Positions 54,875 through 63,290 of a stretch of DNA of 64,000 bases are shown here, one piece after another. A model generated the notes under the pieces. It was not told where the DNA came from, searched no databases, and was given only the letters and a program-made list of their open reading frames with translations. A program made the position numbers and the translations under genes. Origin of the DNA: Bacillota bacterium. Lineage in GTDB: Bacteria; Bacillota; Sulfobacillia; JAJZYS01; JAILZS01. The stretch spans positions 18,036-82,035 of the forward strand of contig JAILZS010000004.1 in the NCBI GenBank assembly GCA_023512375.1. Reading direction: 5' to 3'. Every line of letters begins with the position of its first letter. The stretch's first letter is position 1.

Positions 54875-56038
54875 ATGCCTGCGGGGGATCGCCGTTTCGG
54901 CACGGCGGGGGGCGCGCGCGCATTAGGCGCGGTCGCCGCCCTGGGCGCCGCCTTGGCCGCTCTCATTGCCGTACGCGCCCACGTCCTGCCGCTGGCGGCG
55001 CATCTTGCGCGCACGGCCACGCCGGCGGCGGTCGGCCGCGGGCGATCGGCCAGTCGGCCGACCCCGCCTCCCCCGCCTGCGCCTCGGTTGCCGCCGTATG
55101 GGGACCGCATCTGGTGGCAGTCCGCGCTGGCCACCCGGCACTGGCCCGACCCGGCCGGCTTCCGACTCGCCCTGGACGGCGCCCGCCGGCCGTCGGTGAT
55201 CGTGTTCGTCTACCATCAGGTCTGTCCCGTCGACTGGCCCTTGCGCAACGGACCGGACTTCATCACCCCCCAGCGTTTGGCGTCGGAGTTCGCGTTCTTC
55301 GACGCCCATCACGTGCACACCCTGACGCCCGCACAATTCCTCGCCTTCCTCGACGGGCGGCGAAGCGTGCCGGCGGGGTCCGTGTTCCTTGCCTTCGACA
55401 ACGGCCTCGAGGGGGTGTACCGGTACGCGTTCCCCATCGCGCGGCGCTACCGCGTGCACTTCACGGCCTTCCTCATCGGCGATCGCGTGTTCCCGCACTG
55501 GCGGCCAGGCGACAAGTACCTGGGATGGGACCAGGTCCTCGCCATGTACCGCAGCGGCTGGGTGGGCGTGCAGTCGGAGACCTACGACCTTCACACCTTC
55601 GAGACCGTCGCCCCGCATCGCTACGGACCCGACGTCAACCTACGGTGGGAGACCTACCCGCGCGGGCACTGGGAGACGTACCGGGGCTACGTGCGCCGCA
55701 TCCGCGAGGCCTTCCTCCGCCAACGCGCCGTCTTCCTGCGCCACCTCGGCTACGCGCCCACCCTGCTCGTGTGGCCGTTCTCGACGTACAACCGGGTGGC
55801 GCAGCTGGAGGCGCGGGCGGCGGGCTACCGCGCCGCGTTCGCCGTCTACCCGGGCGTCGTGACGGCGGGCGACGGCCTCGACCGCTTCGCCCTGCCGCGC
55901 GATCCCGCCACGTTCATGTGGGACGACGTGCCCGAGGAGTACATGGACCTGCGCGGCGGACAGCTCCGGATGAGCTGGCCGCCTAACCCCGCTCTCCTCA
56001 CCGCCCCCCTGCGGCGCGGCCTCCCCCACGCCGCCTGA
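54875..56038 (+). CDS. Polysaccharide deacetylase (NodB-homology) family protein
   Basis: N-terminal TM segment plus a Pro-rich linker, then ..VIVFVYHQV..ITPQRLASEFAFFDAHHVHTLT..VFLAFDNGLEGVYRYAFPIARRYRVHFTAFLIG..LVWPFS. Confidence 0.8.
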   Translation: MPAGDRRFGTAGGARALGAVAALGAALAALIAVRAHVLPLAAHLARTATPAAVGRGRSASRPTPPPPPAPRLPPYGDRIWWQSALATRHWPDPAGFRLALDGARRPSVIVFVYHQVCPVDWPLRNGPDFITPQRLASEFAFFDAHHVHTLTPAQFLAFLDGRRSVPAGSVFLAFDNGLEGVYRYAFPIARRYRVHFTAFLIGDRVFPHWRPGDKYLGWDQVLAMYRSGWVGVQSETYDLHTFETVAPHRYGPDVNLRWETYPRGHWETYRGYVRRIREAFLRQRAVFLRHLGYAPTLLVWPFSTYNRVAQLEARAAGYRAAFAVYPGVVTAGDGLDRFALPRDPATFMWDDVPEEYMDLRGGQLRMSWPPNPALLTAPLRRGLPHAA

Positions 56039-56107
56039 CGCTCCCAGAGCCAGGGGTTCGCTTCTTCGCGCCTTCGGAAGGCGCAGGTCCTCGGCGCCCA
56101 AGGGAGG

Positions 56108-57289
56108 TCAGACGGCCGCCTCGGCGCGGGCGTCGGCGCGCCGCGCCTCCTCCTCCGCTGCCTGCCAGACGGCCACCGCGGCGGCGGCGCCCCGCCCGTC
56201 CGCCCGTCCGCCCCGGGCTCGCGCGAGGGCCATCTCCGCCGCGGCCACGGCGGCCACGGCGTCGAGCGGGTCGAGGTGGCCTACGTGCCCGATGCGCAGG
56301 ACGCGCTCCGCCAACGGCCCCAGACCGCCCCCGAACCGCGCCCCGGTCTCGGCGCCCGCCGCCCGGACCGCCTGTGGCGACACCCCGTCGGGAGGGATGA
56401 GGGCGGTGACGGTGGGCGACGCCTCCGCGTCGGGGCTGAGCGGCTCCAGGCCGACGGCGCGGGCTCCCGCGCGGACGATGCGCATGAGGGTGCGGTGGCG
56501 GCGGTGGCGCGCCGCCTCCCCCTCCCGTTCCAACCGGTCGAGGGCCCGCTCCAGGGCGTAGTACAGGGAGACGGCGGGCGTGTACGGCACGCCGCCGTCG
56601 AGGTAGGGCCGGAGGTCGAAGTAGTAGCGGCGCCCGCCCGGCGCGCGAGCCGTCTCCAGGGCGCGCGGTCCCAGGGCGACGAACGACAGCCCGGGCGGCA
56701 GCATGAACGCCTTCTGCGAGCCGCACACCGCCGCGTCCACGCCCCACGCGTCCATGGGCAAGGGGACGGCCGGAAAGCCGCTGATGGCGTCGACCACCAC
56801 CAGCGCCTCGGGCGCTCGGTCGCGCGCGCAGGCGGCGACGGCGCGCACGTCCTGCAGCACCCCGGTGGATGTCTCGTTCTGGGTGACGAGCACCCCCCGG
56901 TGGCCGTCCAGGTGCGCTTTGACCGCCTCCGGATCGACGGCGCGCCCCCATTCCACCTCCAGGCGGTCGACCGCGAGACCCATCGCCTCCGCCTGGTCGG
57001 CCCAGCGTGCCCCGAACGCCCCCGCCACCACGGCCAGCACGCGGTCACCCGGGCGGAACAGGTTGACGAGCGCCGCCTCCAGGGCCCCGGTGCCGGAGGA
57101 GGGTAGCACCACCGTCGCCCCGGAGGTCTGGAAGAGGCGGGCGAGGCGCCCGGCGGTGACGGTCAGGAGGGAGTCGAAGGCGGGGGCGCGGTGGTCGGTC
57201 ATCGGCAGGGCCTGGGCCAGCGCCACGTCTGCGGGCACCGGCGTGGGGCCGGGCAGGAACAGGTGGGCGTCGAGCGCTTCGGGTTCCAT
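56108..57289 (-). CDS. Class-V aminotransferase (serine-pyruvate/alanine-glyoxylate type)
   Basis: The last 393 codons of ORF 56108..58030 read MEPEALDAHLFLPGPTPVPADV..SSGTGALEAAL..VVDAISGFPAV..CGSQKAFMLPPG (PLP Lys). ATG 57289 follows GGGAGGT. Confidence 0.85.
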   Translation of the reverse strand: MEPEALDAHLFLPGPTPVPADVALAQALPMTDHRAPAFDSLLTVTAGRLARLFQTSGATVVLPSSGTGALEAALVNLFRPGDRVLAVVAGAFGARWADQAEAMGLAVDRLEVEWGRAVDPEAVKAHLDGHRGVLVTQNETSTGVLQDVRAVAACARDRAPEALVVVDAISGFPAVPLPMDAWGVDAAVCGSQKAFMLPPGLSFVALGPRALETARAPGGRRYYFDLRPYLDGGVPYTPAVSLYYALERALDRLEREGEAARHRRHRTLMRIVRAGARAVGLEPLSPDAEASPTVTALIPPDGVSPQAVRAAGAETGARFGGGLGPLAERVLRIGHVGHLDPLDAVAAVAAAEMALARARGGRADGRGAAAAVAVWQAAEEEARRADARAEAAV

Positions 57290-57405
57290 ACGGAATACCT
57301 CCCATCTGGCCGGCGCCCCGAGCCCGTAGCCCGGCGATCGGCCGTCGCCTTCAGTGTAGCTCCGGCCCCAGGTGACGGGCCACGGTGCCGCGGTCGGGTG
57401 CCCCC

Positions 57406-58533
57406 CTAGCCGGCCGCCCCGACCGCGGCAGGCGCGGCTCGGCCGAGAAGGTCGCCCGGCAGCGGGGCGACGTCCACGTCGTAGCCGAAAGCGGAAGGCC
57501 CCACCACCCTGAGGGCGGCAGGGGTCTTGAGCTCCCACGGCGCGGGCAGGGCGAGGACGTGCAATCTTAGCCCGTAGCGCACCATCTCCGAGCCGAGGGC
57601 GCGCCCGGACTCCTCCTCGATGAGCACCAGCAGGTCCGGCACGGCCACCAGAGCCGCGCCGTCCTCCTCGCGCCGGGCCACCAGGTACTCGTTCTGGAAC
57701 TCGATGCGCAGGCGCTCGCCCCGCCACGCCCCGAGGCCGTCGATGACGACGTGCCCGCGCGCGAATCCCGCTGCGGTGCGGCGAGAGACGTCGACCACCT
57801 TGCCCTCGAACAGCCGCACCCCGCCGGGCACGGCTTCCAGCACGGCGTCCAGGGTGGGGCGTTTGCCGGCGCGGGCTCGCTCCATGGCGCGGCCGATCTC
57901 CTGCGCCAGGGAGAGCGTGCCCGGGATGCCGTACGCCCGCACCTGGGCGGCCGTCACCACCCCCACCACGACGCCGGCGTTGCCGCCCATCGCCCACGTG
58001 AGGGCTCGAGCGTAGCGCTCCGCTGTCCACGGGTCGGGAACGCCCTCGAGCCGAGCCTCCACGCCCTTGCCGTCGTTCAACAGGAGGGGCCTAGGGGGCA
58101 CTCCCGCGATCATGTACGTGTCCATCTGCAGTTCGGGGAAGGCGCGTCCCATGGGGTCGGCATCGACCACGGGCAGGCCGCTCTCCGCTGCGCCGGAGAG
58201 GGGACGCAGGGCGTTGGCGCCACCCACCTCGCCGATGGCCACGAAGGCGGGATCCCGGCCCAGGGCACGGCCTGTGGCCCGAACGAGAGCGCCGAAGCGG
58301 CCGGCCACCGGCAGTCGCTCGATCCCGACCGTGGGCGCCCCCATGCCCGAGAGGACGGGACCAAACGCGTCGTCGGGAAGTTCCTCCGCTTGCACCACCC
58401 GGACGCGTGCCCCTTGCCGGAGAAGGCGCCTCAGGTCGAGACCGGCCAGGTAGGTGTTGCCTCCTCCGCCGGTGCCCAGGACCGCCGCCCCCTCCGCGAT
58501 CCACTCCACTTCCCGCTCGCCGATCTCGCGCAC
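57406..58533 (-). CDS. DUF917 family protein (copy 2)
   Basis: The last 375 codons of the 1347-aa track ORF read ..AEGAAVLGTGGGGNTYLAGL..GMGAPTVGIERLP..ESGLPVVDADPMGRAFPELQMDTYMIAG..; GTG 58533 follows GGGAGGCGGAGG. Confidence 0.85.
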   Translation of the reverse strand: MREIGEREVEWIAEGAAVLGTGGGGNTYLAGLDLRRLLRQGARVRVVQAEELPDDAFGPVLSGMGAPTVGIERLPVAGRFGALVRATGRALGRDPAFVAIGEVGGANALRPLSGAAESGLPVVDADPMGRAFPELQMDTYMIAGVPPRPLLLNDGKGVEARLEGVPDPWTAERYARALTWAMGGNAGVVVGVVTAAQVRAYGIPGTLSLAQEIGRAMERARAGKRPTLDAVLEAVPGGVRLFEGKVVDVSRRTAAGFARGHVVIDGLGAWRGERLRIEFQNEYLVARREEDGAALVAVPDLLVLIEEESGRALGSEMVRYGLRLHVLALPAPWELKTPAALRVVGPSAFGYDVDVAPLPGDLLGRAAPAAVGAAG

Positions 58534-58562
58534 CCGTCCTCCGCCTCCCTGCCCGGCGCCCG

Positions 58563-59678
58563 TCACGCCGGCACCGCCGCGCGTCCCAGGAGGTCTCCCG
58601 GCAGCGGGCGGAAATCCACGTCGTACCCGAACGCCTTCGGCCCCACCACGGCCAGGGCCGCCTCCGTCTTCATCTCCCACGCCGCGGGCAGGCCCAGCAC
58701 GTCGACCCGAAGGCCATAGCGCACGGCTTCCGATCCCAGCGCTCGCCCCGACTCCTCCTCCAGGAGGACCAACAGGTCGGGTACCGCGAGGAGCACGTCC
58801 TCCATCCGGTCGCCCGTGCGGGCGATGAGGTACTCGTTCTGGAAGTCGATGCGCAGCTCCTGGCCACGGCGGCTCCCCAGGCCCTCGATGCGGATGGTGC
58901 CGCGGGCGAAGCCGGCGGCGGTGCGGCGCTCCACGTCGACCACCTTGCCGTAGAAGAGGTGGCGCGTGCCGGCCACCGCCTCGGCCACACCCTCGGACGT
59001 CGGCGCGTGACGGCGACGGGCGCGCTCCATGGCACGCCCGATCGCCTCCGCCAGGGAGAGCGTGCCCGGGATGGCAAGGTGGCGCACCTGGTCTGCGTTC
59101 ACCGCGGCGAGTACCAGCCCCGCCCCGCCGCCCATGGCCCAGGTGAGGGCGCGGGCGTAGCGCTCGGCGGTGCGCGCGTCGGGAAGGTGCTCGAGCAGCG
59201 CCGTCACGCCCTTGGCGTCCTCGAGCAGCAGGGGCTGTGGCCGAAGGCCGGCGATCATGTACGTGTTCATCTGCAGTTCGGGGAAGGCGCGTCCCATGGG
59301 GTCGGCGTCGACCACAGGCAGGCCGCTCTCCGCCGACCCGATCAAAGGCGAGATGGCGTTGCCGCCGCCGATCTCGCCGATGGCGATGAACCCGGCCGGA
59401 CGGCCGAGCGCCCGCCCCACGGCTTCCACCAGGTGGCCGAAGCGGCCGGCGGTGGGAAGGCGCTCGATACCCACGGTGGGGGCGCCCATCCCGGCCAGGA
59501 TGGGCCCCACCTCGTCGGATGCCGGCTCCGAGGCGTCCACCACCCGCACCCTCGCCCCCTGGCGCATCAGGCGGCGAAGCACCAGGGCCGACTGGTAGGG
59601 GCTTCCCCCTCCCCCTGCTCCCAGGACGGCCGCGCCCTCGGCGACGGCGCCGATGTCCTCCTCGCGGATCTCGCGCAT
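58563..59678 (-). CDS. DUF917 family protein (copy 1)
   Basis: 371-aa ORF, collinear with the downstream copy over its full length (..AEGAAVLGAGGGGSPYQSAL..ESGLPVVDADPMGRAFPELQMNTYMIAG..). Confidence 0.85.
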   Translation of the reverse strand: MREIREEDIGAVAEGAAVLGAGGGGSPYQSALVLRRLMRQGARVRVVDASEPASDEVGPILAGMGAPTVGIERLPTAGRFGHLVEAVGRALGRPAGFIAIGEIGGGNAISPLIGSAESGLPVVDADPMGRAFPELQMNTYMIAGLRPQPLLLEDAKGVTALLEHLPDARTAERYARALTWAMGGGAGLVLAAVNADQVRHLAIPGTLSLAEAIGRAMERARRRHAPTSEGVAEAVAGTRHLFYGKVVDVERRTAAGFARGTIRIEGLGSRRGQELRIDFQNEYLIARTGDRMEDVLLAVPDLLVLLEEESGRALGSEAVRYGLRVDVLGLPAAWEMKTEAALAVVGPKAFGYDVDFRPLPGDLLGRAAVPA

Positions 59679-59690
59679 GCCCGCCGCCTC

Positions 59691-61256
59691 CTAACGTCCG
59701 GCCGGCGCGGGGAGCGCGGCGAGGTCGCCCACGGCCCGCACCCGCACCCGCACCTGGTGGCCCGGCATGTACGTGAACGGGGTCTCCTCCACCTCGACCA
59801 CCTCGACGGTGGCCGGGTCGGCCCCGGCCTCCACCGCGCGCTCCATCGCCTCCTGGCGCAGGGCGCCGAGGCGCTCGGCGCGATGGGCGGGGTCGAGGTC
59901 GGCCACGCGGTCGATCTCTGCCCCCACCTGCGCGAGGGCGGCCCCCACGGCGTTGGCCACCTGGGCGTGGGGAGGACGGACGACCTCCCGCACGCCCTCG
60001 AGCGCGTCGGGCAAGAGGACGCTGCCACCTCCGACGAGGACCGCCGTCACCTCCCCGGCTTGGGTCTTCATGCGGTCGATGGCCTCTTCCGCCATGCGGG
60101 CGGCTTCGGCCAAGACGCGCTCCCCCCACGCCCGGTCGCGCCCGGGCGGGAGGGGGTGGGTGCCCAGGGCGAGGCGCCCCGCCGCCACCGCGGCGTCCGT
60201 GAGCGTCACAGCCGTGCCGCCGAAGGCGAGGGCCTCCTCGGTCAGGCGGTAGCCGACGCTGTCCGGACCGATGCGCACGCCGCCGTCCTCCTCGCGCACG
60301 CGGCTGCCGCCGCCGAGCCCGAGGGAGAGGACGTCCGGCATGCGGAAGTTCGTGGTGACGCCGGCGAGCGAGACGTAGACGGCCGCGGGTCGGGGGAAGC
60401 CGGCCACGAGCACCCCGACGTCGGTGGTCGTTCCGCCCACGTCCACCACGACGGCATCCCGGATGCCCGTGATGGCGGCGGCGCCGCGCATGGAGTTGGT
60501 GGGTCCGCTGCCCACCGTGCGCACGGGGTAGCGCTTGGCCAAGTCGGCGGCCATGAGGGTGCCGTCGTTCTGGGTGAGGTAGAGGCGGGCCGTAAGGCCG
60601 AGGCGGCGGAGCGCGGCGGAGAAGCCGTCCACGACGCGCTCGGCCACGTCTCCCAGGGCGGCGTTGAGGACGCAGGCGTTCTCCCGCTGGAGCAGGCCGA
60701 GCGAGCCGATATCGTAGCCGAGGGAGACGCGCGCCTCGGGGATCACCTCCCTCACCAGGTCGGCGGCCAGGCGCTCCTGGCTCGGATCGACGGGAGAGAA
60801 GACGCCCGTGATGGCGACGTCGCGGATCCCCTGGGCGCGGAAGGCGCGGGCGGCGTCGCGGATCTCCTCGGGGTCGACCTCCGCCACGGGCGTGCCGATG
60901 ACCTCGAAGCCGCCGTGGACCTGGCGCACCACGGGGTCGACGGCCCGTACCAGATCCGGCGGCCAGTCCTCGAGGGGCGGGATGGCCGTACCGATGGGGA
61001 GGGCTAGGCGCAACACGCCCACCCGCACCAGCCCCCGCCCCTGCACGATGGCGTTGGCGAACTGGGTCGTGCCCAGCATGACGGCCTCGACGCGCTCGGC
61101 GGGTACGGAGGCGGAGCGCACCAGCTCCGCCAGCGCCTGCTCGATGCCGGTGGCGACGTCTTCGGTGGTGGCCACCTTCACCCAGGCGACGACACGGCGA
61201 CCGTCCATGAGCACCGCGTCGGTGTGCGTGCCGCCGACGTCCACTCCCACGTGCAA
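59691..61256 (-). CDS. Hydantoinase/oxoprolinase family protein (HyuA-like, A subunit only)
   Basis: MHVGVDVGGTHTDAVLMDG.. (ASKHA fold)..VVVDVGGTTTDVGVL..; 521 aa. There is no HyuB-like partner in the window. Confidence 0.85.
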   Translation of the reverse strand: MHVGVDVGGTHTDAVLMDGRRVVAWVKVATTEDVATGIEQALAELVRSASVPAERVEAVMLGTTQFANAIVQGRGLVRVGVLRLALPIGTAIPPLEDWPPDLVRAVDPVVRQVHGGFEVIGTPVAEVDPEEIRDAARAFRAQGIRDVAITGVFSPVDPSQERLAADLVREVIPEARVSLGYDIGSLGLLQRENACVLNAALGDVAERVVDGFSAALRRLGLTARLYLTQNDGTLMAADLAKRYPVRTVGSGPTNSMRGAAAITGIRDAVVVDVGGTTTDVGVLVAGFPRPAAVYVSLAGVTTNFRMPDVLSLGLGGGSRVREEDGGVRIGPDSVGYRLTEEALAFGGTAVTLTDAAVAAGRLALGTHPLPPGRDRAWGERVLAEAARMAEEAIDRMKTQAGEVTAVLVGGGSVLLPDALEGVREVVRPPHAQVANAVGAALAQVGAEIDRVADLDPAHRAERLGALRQEAMERAVEAGADPATVEVVEVEETPFTYMPGHQVRVRVRAVGDLAALPAPAGR

Positions 61257-61268
61257 GCGAGAAACCCC

Positions 61269-62171
61269 CTACGGTGTGCTGAGTGTGCGGCCGGCGGCGC
61301 GCGCGCGCGGGTCGAGGGCGTCGCGCAGGCCGTCGCCGGCCACGTTGAAGGCGAAGACCACGGACATGATGGCCAGGCCGGGGAAGAGCGACATCCACCA
61401 CTGGCCGGAGACCAGGTACTGGCTCCCGTCGGACACCATGCTCCCCCACTCCGGCGCCGGGGGCTGGACCCCCAGGCCGAGGAAGCTGAGGCTGGCGCCG
61501 GTGAGGACTGCGAATCCGAGGTTGAGGGTGGCGATGACGAGCACGGGGGCGAACATGTTGGGCAGGATGTGCGCCCGCACCACGCGCCCGAAGGTGGCGC
61601 CGGCGGCGCGGGCGCTCTCCACGTACAGGAGGTTCTTGATCGCCGCCGTCTGGGCCTGGGCCTGGCGGGCGAAGACGGGCACGCTCACGAGGCTAATGGC
61701 CACGAGCTCCCCCGCCATGCCCGGGCCGACCGCGGCGCCCACGGCCAGCGCCAGCACGAGGGAGGGGAAGGCGAGGAGGATGTCCATGATGCGCATCACC
61801 ACCTCGCCCCCGAACCCCCCGCGGTAACCGGCGTAGAGCCCCAGCGGCACGCCCAGGACGGCGGCGGCGGAGGTGGAGACGATGGCCACGAGCAGGGACA
61901 GGCGGGCGCCGTACACGATGCGGGTGAGGATATCCCGCCCGTACTCGTCCGTGCCCAGGAGGTGATGGAGGTCGGGCGGCGCAAGGCGGGCCGTCATGTC
62001 CGGCACGTCGGGGGCGTAGGGCGAGACGACGGGGGCGAGGACGGCCACCGCCACCCAGAAGGCCACCACCCCGAGGCCGACGAGGAGCATGCGGTGGCGG
62101 CGCCAGATGCGCGCCGTCGACGCGGCGATGCCGGGACCGACGGCGAGGGTGTCGACCGGGACCTCGATCAT
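61269..62171 (-). CDS. ABC transporter permease (DppC/OppC-like)
   Basis: ..HLLGTDEYGRDILTRIVYGARLSL..YVESARAAGATFGRVVRAHILPNMFAPVL.. Confidence 0.9.
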   Translation of the reverse strand: MIEVPVDTLAVGPGIAASTARIWRRHRMLLVGLGVVAFWVAVAVLAPVVSPYAPDVPDMTARLAPPDLHHLLGTDEYGRDILTRIVYGARLSLLVAIVSTSAAAVLGVPLGLYAGYRGGFGGEVVMRIMDILLAFPSLVLALAVGAAVGPGMAGELVAISLVSVPVFARQAQAQTAAIKNLLYVESARAAGATFGRVVRAHILPNMFAPVLVIATLNLGFAVLTGASLSFLGLGVQPPAPEWGSMVSDGSQYLVSGQWWMSLFPGLAIMSVVFAFNVAGDGLRDALDPRARAAGRTLSTP

Positions 62172-62183
62172 CGTCCGCCCCCC

Positions 62184-63161
62184 TCAGTTGTAGGTGATGC
62201 GCGGGTCGATGGCCGCGTTGACCACGTCGACGCACAGGTTGATGACGGAGTAGAAGAGGGCGCTCAGGAGGGCGAACACCTCCACGGGTGCATAGTCGCT
62301 GGCGAGGATGGCGCTGGTGACGTAGGAGCCAACGCCGGGCCAGTTGAAGACGGTCTCGACCAGCACTGCCCCGCCCAAGAGGTAACCGATCTGCAGGCCG
62401 AAGATCGTCACCACGGGGACGAGCGCGTTGCGGAAGGCGTGCACCATGTAGACCCGCCAGGCACCGTTGCCCTTGGCCCGAGCCGTGCGGATGAAGTCCT
62501 GGTGCAGCACCTCGAGCATACTGGCGCGGAGCATGCGCACCAGGATGGCGATCGTGCCCGTGCTGAGGGCGAGGGCGGGCAACACGAGGTGCCCGAGCGC
62601 CGACCAGAGGACCGGCCAGTCACCCTCGATGAGGGCGTCGAGGACGAGGATGTGGGTGATCGGCGGCGGACTCTGGTAGATGATGCCCAGGTCGCCCATG
62701 GGCGCAGGGGCGATGTGGAGGGCGGAGTAGAACACCATGATGAGGAGGAGCCCGAGCCAGAACAGGGGCATGGAAACGCCGGAGAGCGATACGACGTGGG
62801 CGAGCCAGTCGATCCACGTGTCGCGCCGGAGGGCGCTGAGGACGCCGAGCGGCACCGCCACCACCAGGGCGATGACGACGCTCGCCACCGTGAGCTCCAA
62901 CGTGGCCGGCAGGCGTTCCGCCAGGTCGGAGAGCACCGGATGCCCGGTGACGATCGAGGTACCGAAATCTCCGTGCAGGGCGGCGGCGATGAAGTCGAGG
63001 AGCTGTCGCCACAGCGGCAGGTTGAGGCCGAGCGCGACCTCCTCGGCCCGGATCTCGGCCGGGGTGGACTGCAGCCCCACCACCAGGAGGGCGGGGTTGG
63101 CCGGTACCACGCGGGCGAGGACGAAGGACAGGACGAACACGCCCAGGATCACCGGCACCAT
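62184..63161 (-). CDS. ABC transporter permease (DppB/OppB-like)
   Basis: ..VILGVFVLSFVLARVVPANPALL..FIRTARAKGNGAWRVYMVHAFRNALVPVVT.. The ATG at 63161 removes the conserved (M)LAYVLRRVLL start, which is still encoded in frame upstream (see findings). Confidence 0.85.
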   Translation of the reverse strand: MVPVILGVFVLSFVLARVVPANPALLVVGLQSTPAEIRAEEVALGLNLPLWRQLLDFIAAALHGDFGTSIVTGHPVLSDLAERLPATLELTVASVVIALVVAVPLGVLSALRRDTWIDWLAHVVSLSGVSMPLFWLGLLLIMVFYSALHIAPAPMGDLGIIYQSPPPITHILVLDALIEGDWPVLWSALGHLVLPALALSTGTIAILVRMLRASMLEVLHQDFIRTARAKGNGAWRVYMVHAFRNALVPVVTIFGLQIGYLLGGAVLVETVFNWPGVGSYVTSAILASDYAPVEVFALLSALFYSVINLCVDVVNAAIDPRITYN

Positions 63162-63216
63162 GAGCAGGACGCGGCGTAGGACGTAGGCGAGGATGTCGGC
63201 TCCCCCCTTTGGGCCG

Positions 63217-63270
63217 GCTCCCGCCCCGGGTGGGGCGGGAGCGCCAGGCCGGCACGGCGTGCCGGCCTGG
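63217..63270 (-). promoter_or_regulatory. Two adjacent perfect GC hairpins in the SBP-permease spacer
   Basis: Hairpin A: 63217-63227 pairs with 63232-63242 (11 bp, 4-nt loop). Hairpin B: 63244-63255 pairs with 63259-63270 (12 bp, 3-nt loop). Both lie between the SBP stop (63291) and the permease start. Confidence 0.5.
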
Positions 63271-63290
63271 CGCGGGTTACGGCGTCCGGG

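Larger units (their letters stand above)
57406..59678 (-). repeat. Tandem duplication of a ~1.14-kb DUF917 gene unit
   Basis: The two collinear paralogs are offset by 1145 nt. An 83-nt tract (58106-58188 versus 59251-59333) is 80/83 identical at the DNA level. Confidence 0.7.

Noticed and set aside
57406-61449. 1347-aa ORF, the longest in the track
   Set aside because: Only its last 375 codons (57406-58533) read as a real protein (DUF917). The rest is an Arg/Gly/Pro/Ala-rich frame overlapping the genuine DUF917 copy 1 and HyuA-like genes, which are in other frames. This is a typical stop-poor artefact of ~70% GC DNA.
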